From an uncultured Clostridia bacterium (GTDB lineage Bacteria; Bacillota; Clostridia; Christensenellales; UBA1242), in contig CALVZQ010000001.1 of the NCBI GenBank assembly GCA_944372585.1, forward strand, positions 6,512-70,511: a stretch of 64,000 nt of DNA. The letters run 5' to 3'. Position 1 is the first letter of the stretch, and every line of letters begins with the position of its first letter. A model generated the notes under the pieces. That model was not told the origin of the DNA and did not search any database. It saw nothing but the letters and a program-made list of their open reading frames with translations. The position numbers and the translations under genes are program-made. Positions 56,759-64,000 of the stretch are shown in pieces.

Positions 56759-57358
56759 TCATTGTTCTCTAAGTTCTTTCTCCAAGTCAATAATGATATA
56801 TCCTTGAGGCATCTTGCAAAGAGGACACTCTTTGAAACTCTCTTTGGCAATGCTGACATAACCGCAAGACGAACATTTCCATTCAGTTGGATTGGTGCGT
56901 TTGTACATTCTGTTGGTTTTATAAAGTGAGGCTAGGTAATCCAAAATTTTGTGATGTGTGGCTTCAACATTGGCGACCATTTCAAAAGATTTTGCGATAT
57001 CAAGAAATCCCTCATCTTTTGCAATTCTTGCAAAACTTGGATAGATGTTATCCGCTTCTGACAATTCAATTTTGCTTTCTTCCAAAAGACTGTTTCTGAG
57101 CTCTGGTTCTTCAAAAGGAAAACCTGCTTCAATTGATATATTTTTGACACTTCCATTGCTTTTTTCGATGATGTAGTCATAAAAAATTTTGGCATGAGCC
57201 ATTTCATTTTTAGCCAAAGTCTTCATAGTGTCGGACAGAAATTGTTGGTTGTCCGCCAGTGCTTTTTTTGACATAAATTGATATCTTGCACCTGCTTGAC
57301 ATTCTGCTGCAAAAGAACGAGCCAAATTTGTTTTTGTTACGCTATCATTAAATTCCAT
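56759..57358 (-). CDS. rbr: rubrerythrin
   Basis: Diiron ferritin-like domain (ECQAGARYQF, NEMAHAKIF, EATHHKIL) and a C-terminal rubredoxin CSSCGY...CPLC. Start at the M with an AAAGGAG RBS. Confidence 0.88.
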   Translation of the reverse strand: MEFNDSVTKTNLARSFAAECQAGARYQFMSKKALADNQQFLSDTMKTLAKNEMAHAKIFYDYIIEKSNGSVKNISIEAGFPFEEPELRNSLLEESKIELSEADNIYPSFARIAKDEGFLDIAKSFEMVANVEATHHKILDYLASLYKTNRMYKRTNPTEWKCSSCGYVSIAKESFKECPLCKMPQGYIIIDLEKELREQ

Positions 57359-57467
57359 AATTATTCTCCTTTTTACATTGAGAACTATTGCCAAAATTAA
57401 ATATGTTTAAACATTTGCATTTTTTTTGTTTATTGTTTACAATAATATTGAGAAAAGGAGAGAAAAC

Positions 57468-58247
57468 ATGCTTCTTGAAGATAAGGGTGTTCCAACCAAA
57501 TATCCAACCATGAGAATGAACTATGACATTATCATAGATAATGAAAATTTCACATTGCAAAAATTGACTAGAAAACTTGGGTTTTATACTATCATATTTA
57601 AGGAAAAAATCAAAGATGTTGAAATTATATATGATACAGACAAGAAGCTTTTAACTGGGGCAGGATTGATATTAAGGAAGAAAATTACACCCAAAAGAGC
57701 ATATTTCTCTTTGATTAGACTTTCAACAATGAGCAACATCAAAAACAGAGAAAAGAAATCATTTTTGGGCGAATGCGAACCAAAAGATCAACCAAGTGAT
57801 TTTCCTGTACAGATTGCAGATGCAATAAACAAAGTTTTCAACAATCTTTTCACAATCAATCTTGTTGACATAGTCAAATACAGCACTCCTTATTTGAAAT
57901 TGGATATCGGCGGAAACAGATATAAAATTGTAAGTGGCACAGGATACGAAGCAGAAATTGCATTTGAGAATTTGAAAGTTAAAGATGTGAGAACTGGACG
58001 AAAGGGCAAAAAGAGAATTTTCTCTTTGAAAATGGAATTGGATCCAAACTATGAAAAAGAGAGAGAACAGATCTTAGATGCCATTGAAAGCAAATGTAAG
58101 GAACTTGTCTACACTCAAAGGCATAGAGCGGAAATTGCTGAAGTGCTCGTCAGACCACCTGTGATAAAAGAGAATGACGAAGCAAAATCCAATGAAAAGT
58201 CAAACAAGAAAAATATGAAAAAGAAAAAAATTGAAGAAGAAATTTAA
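57468..58247 (+). CDS. hypothetical protein, possibly CYTH-like, with a Lys-rich tail
   Basis: IIYDTDKKLLTGAGLILRKK resembles the CYTH Y-DT..L...G.aLRiR strand pair. Start at the ATG with an AAAGGAGAG RBS. The assignment is weak. Confidence 0.4.
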   Translation: MLLEDKGVPTKYPTMRMNYDIIIDNENFTLQKLTRKLGFYTIIFKEKIKDVEIIYDTDKKLLTGAGLILRKKITPKRAYFSLIRLSTMSNIKNREKKSFLGECEPKDQPSDFPVQIADAINKVFNNLFTINLVDIVKYSTPYLKLDIGGNRYKIVSGTGYEAEIAFENLKVKDVRTGRKGKKRIFSLKMELDPNYEKEREQILDAIESKCKELVYTQRHRAEIAEVLVRPPVIKENDEAKSNEKSNKKNMKKKKIEEEI

Positions 58248-58360
58248 ATTTTTCTTCTTTTTTTATCATTTTTTGTTGAAAAATGTTTATTTTTTGATAT
58301 TTTTATAACCTAATTTTTTTATGGGTTTTTTAATTTTTTGAGCGCTCATATAAATATAGA

Positions 58361-59884
58361 GTGAAAAAGAAAGACAAGAAGGGTAATTTAACATTCAAAA
58401 CAAAACTATGCTATGGGATTGGAAATCTCGGTTATGGTTCCATGGGACAAACTGTCAGCAGTTTTATCATGTTTTTTGCGACAAGTGTCTTGGGGTTGCC
58501 CGGCCTTTTGGTTGGAACAACGATTGCCATCACTTCTCTTTGGGACGGGCTTTCAGACCCGTTGATAGGCTATCTTTCTGACAGAACGAAGAGCAAGTTT
58601 TTTGGACGACGATTGGGACATATGTTGTTTGCAAGTTTTGCACTGGCAATAAACAACATATTGCTTTGGTTTTGTCCACAATCGGACAGTCAGGCGGTTA
58701 TGATTTTGTGGCTTTTGTCATTTTTACTTTTGCAGGAAACCTTTAACACTTTTTTTGCAACACCTTATTCAGCCCTTTGTATTGACATTGCTCCAGATTA
58801 TAATGACCAAACAAAAATGCAAGGTTTTAAGACGGTTTTTTACATCATGGGACTTATTATGCCAAGCATTTTGATGTATATCTTCATGCCATCTGCAGGA
58901 ATTGGCACGCAAGGACAATTCAATCGTCAAGGCTACATCAACATTGCGTGTGTCAATTCCGCCTTGGCACTTATTTGCGGACTGATTACAGTTTTTGGAA
59001 CAATGAAAAGAGTTTGTTCAATGCCAAACTATGCTCAAAGCATGGAAAGCGGAAATGGTGAAAAAGAAAACATTGAAGATAATGTTGTTGATGAAAATTC
59101 AAATAAAGAAACTAAGAAATCAAAAAAACATAAAAAAGGTCACAGCTTATCCACCATTTTGGCTGGTTATATTGAAACATTCAAGAAAAAAGATTTCAGA
59201 ACGGTCATGCTGGGCTATTCCGTTTCTTTGATTGCGACGGTTTTCATCACGTCCGTTGGAATGCATTTGTTCACTTTCTGTTATCATTTTTCCAGCACAC
59301 AAATTTCAATTTTGATGATATGTTTGTTTGGTGGAGCAATTGTTTCACAAGCACTTTGGGTAAACATAGTGAAGAAGTATGACAAGAAACAAACACTCAT
59401 TTTTGCCCTTTCTGTCATTTTGTTTGGCATTGCCATGACAAGCATAACCTTTTTATTTAGGCTGTATTGCTCAAGCGACTATATCTTTTGGTTTGTCCTG
59501 CCGTGTATGTTTATTTGTGGCATAGGCTCAGGGGCACTTTACTCTCTTCCACATTCAATGTATGCCGATGTTGTGACGATGGAACAATATAAAACGGGAG
59601 TGAATAACGCGGGAAGATACACGGGGTATTACACTTTCACATACAATTTTTCAAATTCAATTGCATTGCTTTTTATTGGACTTTTGTTAGATTTGGTCAA
59701 ATTTGATTCTTCTCAACCAGTGCAGGCACTTTCTGTTCAAGCGGGACTTGGGAAAATAGTGTTTTTTGGAAGTGCGATTTCTCTGACTTTGGCAATTATC
59801 ATTTTTTCCAGATACAGCATAAAACGCTCCGATGTTTTGAAAGTTCAAATCAAAGCGAACGAAAACAAAGAAAAAGTGGAATAA
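58361..59884 (+). CDS. MFS transporter, glycoside-pentoside-hexuronide (GPH) family
   Basis: KLCYGIGNLGYG...DGLSDPLIGYLSDRTKSKFFGRR signature. About 12 TM helices with a charged central loop. GTG start. Confidence 0.75.
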   Translation: MKKKDKKGNLTFKTKLCYGIGNLGYGSMGQTVSSFIMFFATSVLGLPGLLVGTTIAITSLWDGLSDPLIGYLSDRTKSKFFGRRLGHMLFASFALAINNILLWFCPQSDSQAVMILWLLSFLLLQETFNTFFATPYSALCIDIAPDYNDQTKMQGFKTVFYIMGLIMPSILMYIFMPSAGIGTQGQFNRQGYINIACVNSALALICGLITVFGTMKRVCSMPNYAQSMESGNGEKENIEDNVVDENSNKETKKSKKHKKGHSLSTILAGYIETFKKKDFRTVMLGYSVSLIATVFITSVGMHLFTFCYHFSSTQISILMICLFGGAIVSQALWVNIVKKYDKKQTLIFALSVILFGIAMTSITFLFRLYCSSDYIFWFVLPCMFICGIGSGALYSLPHSMYADVVTMEQYKTGVNNAGRYTGYYTFTYNFSNSIALLFIGLLLDLVKFDSSQPVQALSVQAGLGKIVFFGSAISLTLAIIIFSRYSIKRSDVLKVQIKANENKEKVE

Positions 59885-59930
59885 AAATTATATATAGAAT
59901 AAATTTTCATCATTTAAACACAATAAAAAC

Positions 59931-60443
59931 ATGAAAAAATGTAAAGTGTTGGTAGTTTTATTGTGCTTAATGATGATTTTTCCTTTCATAAGTTTTGGTT
60001 GTGGAAGCAAAGAGCTTGACTCGGCAAGCATTGTGAGAGATGACCTAAGAACTGGTGGAAGTCTCAGTTTTGTTTATGACAAGAGTCAAAGAGTGGTCTA
60101 TGTTGGTGGAGAAGATGAGGTCGTTCAGTTTAGTGAAGCAGATGAGTCGAAGGGGCTTTCGGAGGGTTGCCGCATTGGACTTAAGGTGACTGCACCAGAT
60201 GAGAACTTGGATTTGGAAACAGCAACTCTTGAAATGAATGGTGTGAACTATTCTTCTAGGAATTTTTTGGAAACGATAAATGGGCAAAAACAAAGGTTTT
60301 TCAATTTATATCCACTTGTTTCAAAAGAAGATGATGAAATCAAATTTTCTGTGACATGGCAAGATGGGACAAAACAGCAAGATTACAAAATAATCATGGT
60401 GAGTGGCACAAAATATATGCAAAAAGATGGAAGCGTTGAATAA
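59931..60443 (+). CDS. putative lipoprotein
   Basis: Signal peptide with lipobox ISFGC (MKKCKVLVVLLCLMMIFPFISFGCGS). Confidence 0.6.
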   Translation: MKKCKVLVVLLCLMMIFPFISFGCGSKELDSASIVRDDLRTGGSLSFVYDKSQRVVYVGGEDEVVQFSEADESKGLSEGCRIGLKVTAPDENLDLETATLEMNGVNYSSRNFLETINGQKQRFFNLYPLVSKEDDEIKFSVTWQDGTKQQDYKIIMVSGTKYMQKDGSVE

Positions 60444-60454
60444 AAAAAAGAAGA

Positions 60455-61795
60455 TTAACCTTCTTTTTTATCTTTGTAAAATATTTTTGGAGATGTTATT
60501 TCTTTGATTCCATCATCATTGAAAGTTATATATTTAACCTTTCCTTTGCAATATTCATTCATAAGTTTTTCTCGATTTTTCAAACAATACTCCAATCCAG
60601 CAACATGAACATTATATTTTTCTATCCAAAAATACAAATCTTTATCCAATCTGAACATCAAGTTGTGTTCCAATCCTTGTGAGTTTTCTTCGCTGATGTC
60701 AGATACAATGCAGATTGTTAAATGTTCCATGACTGGTCTGAAAATTGCTCTGGTATATAAATTTAAATTTTCATAGTCAAATTTTAAATGTTCTGGCATT
60801 TGAATATTTTCATTATCTGGGGAATCGTTTTCAATAATTCTTTCGTTGGTTTGAAGTTCATTTTCAATGTCCAAATCTTCTCCAAATTGAGCTTTGTATA
60901 ATTCATTCAAAATTTCATAGTCATATTTTTCATCATAATCTATGAAAGATTCATTAAATTTGAAAGTTAAAGAATTATAGAAGTCATAAGCATATTTTTT
61001 TGTGTCAGATTCAGGGACAAACCTGTTGTCATAGTTAAACAAATTAACAAAATATGGAATGCTTTTCTTTCTAATTATTGGAAGTAAAATCATTGGAATG
61101 ATGCAAACCAGGACACTCGTAGCGATCCAAATTCCAAGGAAAACATAGAAGGCAACAGATGTGTCGTCTATTGTTCCAAAGACTATGAGCGGAATTAGAA
61201 GCAAAAACCAAATTAACAATGCAACAAAAAATGAACCAAGAAATTTTTTATAGACAGGTGATTGCTCGGTCGCGTAAGAGTTGTAATGTTGAAATATGTC
61301 AACTTTTTTAAATTTCCTTTTGCGTGACAGATAATAATATAAAAATGAAATCCCTGCAAGAATTGCGACGAGAATGAAAGAGAAAATTATTCCAGTTATG
61401 TAGTTGTTACATAAAAATGTGAATCCGTCTTGTTTGTCTAAAATGGTTTCATCTGCTTCAATGCCGATAACAGTGAGATCAAAATAGTATAGTGTGGCAT
61501 TTTGTCCTTCAATAGACTCGACAGTGTCAAAAGGAAGGTGGGTTGTGATGACACCAGTTATTGTGTATTGGTCCCCATTTTCCATAGTTATGACATAGTT
61601 GCTGTCATTTTTTTCATCAATTTGAACATCTGCAACAACTCCTGTGGCGGTTTTTGCATCATTTAAATCATACTCAACAAGAGTGACTATCAACCATATA
61701 CCCATAAAGAAAATCAAGATGCTTGCGATCAGCAAGATGATGGAAAGTATCTTATTTCTTTTGTGATTGTTCTCTACAACAACATGATCTTTCAT
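60455..61795 (-). CDS. hypothetical polytopic membrane protein (446 aa)
   Basis: N-terminal TM, a beta-rich ectodomain-like segment, about 4 more TM helices, and an acidic C-terminal domain. Confidence 0.6.
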   Translation of the reverse strand: MKDHVVVENNHKRNKILSIILLIASILIFFMGIWLIVTLVEYDLNDAKTATGVVADVQIDEKNDSNYVITMENGDQYTITGVITTHLPFDTVESIEGQNATLYYFDLTVIGIEADETILDKQDGFTFLCNNYITGIIFSFILVAILAGISFLYYYLSRKRKFKKVDIFQHYNSYATEQSPVYKKFLGSFFVALLIWFLLLIPLIVFGTIDDTSVAFYVFLGIWIATSVLVCIIPMILLPIIRKKSIPYFVNLFNYDNRFVPESDTKKYAYDFYNSLTFKFNESFIDYDEKYDYEILNELYKAQFGEDLDIENELQTNERIIENDSPDNENIQMPEHLKFDYENLNLYTRAIFRPVMEHLTICIVSDISEENSQGLEHNLMFRLDKDLYFWIEKYNVHVAGLEYCLKNREKLMNEYCKGKVKYITFNDDGIKEITSPKIFYKDKKEG

Positions 61796-61861
61796 TTTGG
61801 TTTCCTTGTGTTATTTTTCATAGTATAACATATTATTTTCGCAAAATAAAAGCATATATTT

Positions 61862-61890
61862 AAAATAAAAAAGTTCGAAAATCTCGGACT
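61862..61890 (-). terminator. rho-independent terminator of the recombinase gene
   Basis: Stem agtccga/tcgaact (one G-U pair) followed on the minus strand by TTTTTTATTTT. Confidence 0.55.
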
Positions 61891-61904
61891 TTGTAACAAA
61901 CAAT

Positions 61905-63416
61905 CTATAAAAAATTCCCAGAGTGTTCGTGTTTTGATAATTTGGTGACCTTTTCGGTTAAGCATGAGAACTCGTTGTCTTTTACTTCATCAAAGTCAAT
62001 TTTATCTTGTTTTTGAAAAAGGTTAAAGTAGATATGAATATGGTCATCAAAAACATAGATGGCATTTACAAATAAATCTATTAACTTTTGGTAATGGGCG
62101 TCAGTGGAGTCTGAAGAATTTTTTATAAAAATATTTAAATAATCTATAATATCTTTCTTTGTATGTTTAATGCTGTTTGCCAATTTTAACTTTGCCAGTT
62201 CATTTTTATAAACTTTTTGCTCATTTGTTAGGTCGTCAGCTTGTTTATTGAGTCTAATGATAATATTTTCATTTGTTGATTTTACAATTTGATTAGTAAT
62301 TTTATCAAATTCTTTTTCTATCTCTGCAATCTTTTTCTCATATTGTTTTATTGCGTCCGAAGATAAACTTTGTTCATAAGCTTTTAAAACTTGATCTGCC
62401 AGATAATCAATGGTTTTAGGTTCTAAAATTCTTTTTAAGATAAAGTCTATAACTTTGGACTCTAAATCTTGTTTCTTTTCATTTTTCTTAGTGCAGTTGT
62501 GAAACTTATTTTTTTGTGAACAAGCATAATAGCAGTGTTTAGCCTGAGTTTTACTTGTTCCAGAAGTTCCCACCATAATATTCCCACAGATCCCACAATA
62601 GACTTTCCCTCTTAAAAGGTAATTTTCTTTGTTTCTTGAGTGACGTTTGTTAAAACGTAATCTTTCCTGGACTTTTTTAAAGACATCAAGAGAAATAATA
62701 GGCGGATAATAATTGTCATTGTCTGCTAACTTACTTTTATAAATTCCAACATACTTTTCATTTGACAGCATATTCTGTAAGCTTTGCAAACTGAATTGAG
62801 AATTTGAGTTTGTTTTAATATTCAGTCTGTTTAATTCTTTTTTTATCTCTTGTTTACTTTTCCCATTTGTATAATCACTAAAAACTTTTTTGACAACTTT
62901 AGCTTGTTCTTCATTGACTACAACTTTTTTGTTTATAACCGAATAACCAAAAAGAGTTCTGCCACCAATAAAATTGCCTTTTAAAATACTCTCTCTCATA
63001 CCACGTTTAACTTTTTCGCTTAAGTCTTTGATATACATTTCTGCAAACATTTCCAAAAGACCTTCCATCAGTGCACCTTCAGGGGTGTTGCTGATTGATT
63101 CAGTTGCAGAAATAACCTTGACACCATTTTGCTGAAGTTTGTGTTTATAGATGGCGTTGTCATACTTGCTTCTTGAAAAACGGTCAAGTTTATATACCAG
63201 GACAAATTCAAACTCTTTCTTGGTAGAATCTTCAATCATTTGTTGGAATGCTGGGCGGTGGTCATTTGTTCCTGTCATTGCTCTGTCAATATATTCATTA
63301 ACAATGTTGTAATTGTTACGTTCGGCAAATTCATGACAAACCCTTAACTGACCTTCAATGGATTGTTCAGTTTGTTTTTCTGATGAATATCTTGCATAAA
63401 TTACAATATTTGTCAT
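61905..63416 (-). CDS. large serine recombinase (integrase)
   Basis: N-terminal resolvase domain IVIYARYSSEKQ...YKLDRFSRS, recombinase domain, Zn-ribbon CGICGNIM...CYYAC, and a C-terminal coiled coil. 503 aa. Confidence 0.88.
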   Translation of the reverse strand: MTNIVIYARYSSEKQTEQSIEGQLRVCHEFAERNNYNIVNEYIDRAMTGTNDHRPAFQQMIEDSTKKEFEFVLVYKLDRFSRSKYDNAIYKHKLQQNGVKVISATESISNTPEGALMEGLLEMFAEMYIKDLSEKVKRGMRESILKGNFIGGRTLFGYSVINKKVVVNEEQAKVVKKVFSDYTNGKSKQEIKKELNRLNIKTNSNSQFSLQSLQNMLSNEKYVGIYKSKLADNDNYYPPIISLDVFKKVQERLRFNKRHSRNKENYLLRGKVYCGICGNIMVGTSGTSKTQAKHCYYACSQKNKFHNCTKKNEKKQDLESKVIDFILKRILEPKTIDYLADQVLKAYEQSLSSDAIKQYEKKIAEIEKEFDKITNQIVKSTNENIIIRLNKQADDLTNEQKVYKNELAKLKLANSIKHTKKDIIDYLNIFIKNSSDSTDAHYQKLIDLFVNAIYVFDDHIHIYFNLFQKQDKIDFDEVKDNEFSCLTEKVTKLSKHEHSGNFL

Positions 63417-63426
63417 GATTTTCCTT

Positions 63427-63813
63427 TTATAATTTTGAATTTATAGTGTTAATAATGTCTTTTTTTGTATATGTATTGCTCTCTATTTCTAATCTTTTTC
63501 GTTCGTTGAATCTAATTTTTTCATCGTGACGTACTCTATCATTATGCTTTGCAATTTTAACAAGTTTTCTGTATGGTTCCAAAATTCCTACATAAACAAA
63601 AAACATTATAAGGATTAACCCAGCGAATACAGAGCCCAATATCATAAATAAAACCCAGTGTTTTACATCTAACATTGCAAGATAAAAAATTGAAGTTAAA
63701 ATAATGGGAAGTATATATAGCCAACAATAAATTTTTCTTTTTTGTTTAAGAATTTCTTTTGCTTCTTTTGTTTCTTTTTCATCAATTAAAGTGATGTATT
63801 TAAATTGTTTCAT
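63427..63813 (-). CDS. small two-TM membrane protein within the element
   Basis: Two hydrophobic helices and a basic C-terminal tail. TAATG overlap with the upstream repressor-like gene. Confidence 0.55.
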   Translation of the reverse strand: MKQFKYITLIDEKETKEAKEILKQKRKIYCWLYILPIILTSIFYLAMLDVKHWVLFMILGSVFAGLILIMFFVYVGILEPYRKLVKIAKHNDRVRHDEKIRFNERKRLEIESNTYTKKDIINTINSKL

Positions 63814-64000
63814 TAAAATTTCCCCCTTAATTCAACAACTTTTCCTAAAATTCTAACAGGTAGTTCTTGAATGTCTTTATTTGAATAAAACATTGACCTG
63901 TATTCATCATTAAATGGCACTAAGGTTATGCCGTTATAATCTTTTTTTACTTGCTTTAAAGTAGCATCAAATCCGTTGACCATAACGACACAAACATCAC
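63813..64000 (-). CDS. C-terminal part of an S24/LexA-like phage repressor (5' end outside window)
   Basis: Hand translation: ...DVCVVMVNGFDATLKQVKKDYNGITLVPFNDEYRSMFYSNKDIQELPVRILGKVVELRGKF, typical of the S24 peptidase C-terminal strands. Confidence 0.5.
   Translation of the reverse strand, partial: DVCVVMVNGFDATLKQVKKDYNGITLVPFNDEYRSMFYSNKDIQELPVRILGKVVELRGKF

Larger units (their letters stand above)
61796..64000. mobile_element. left end of a prophage or integrative element (continues beyond the window)
   Basis: A large serine recombinase, a small membrane protein and the C-terminus of an S24/LexA-like repressor all lie on the minus strand. This is the classic lysogeny-module order next to an att site. 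Confidence 0.6.

Overview
AT-rich chromosomal segment that reads like a low-GC Bacillota (Clostridia-like) genome using the standard code 11. The backbone is housekeeping: the cadC-cadA metal efflux pair, prs, a RumA-type rRNA methyltransferase, metG, hisS, helD, gyrB-(MazG-like)-gyrA, tRNA-fMet, trpF, glnS, the ychF-mrnC-rlmB-sigH cluster, secA, rpsF-ssb-rpsR, rpmE, prmC-prfA, queH, lepB, hup, rubrerythrin and a GPH transporter. Several things stand out from that backbone. (1) A 1,697-aa ORF (38655-43748) fuses an apparently intact aldo/keto reductase to a triple internal repeat, a Pro-run, a hydrophobic hairpin and a ~320-aa Lys/Arg/Gln-rich coiled-coil-like tail. (2) A translationally coupled pair encodes a 321-aa and a 2,349-aa N-terminally anchored protein (12046-20042). 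The large one is built from at least 8 copies of an unassigned module plus C-terminal Listeria-Bacteroides-type repeats. (3) A very AT-rich accessory islet (about 4.1-8.4 kb) lies next to tRNA-Leu. It holds a 512-aa unknown gene, a GNAT and a CAT-like acetyltransferase, framed by a 328-bp direct repeat and a rearrangement scar that duplicates the flavodoxin 5' end. (4) A DnaA-box cluster sits between hisS and helD with no dnaA nearby. (5) A perfectly paired 79-nt four-way-junction element lies between hup and rubrerythrin. (6) The left end of a prophage or integrative element with a large serine recombinase starts near 61.8 kb. No CRISPR array, rRNA or transposase was seen. All calls come from reading the supplied translations and DNA by eye. 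No database search was run.
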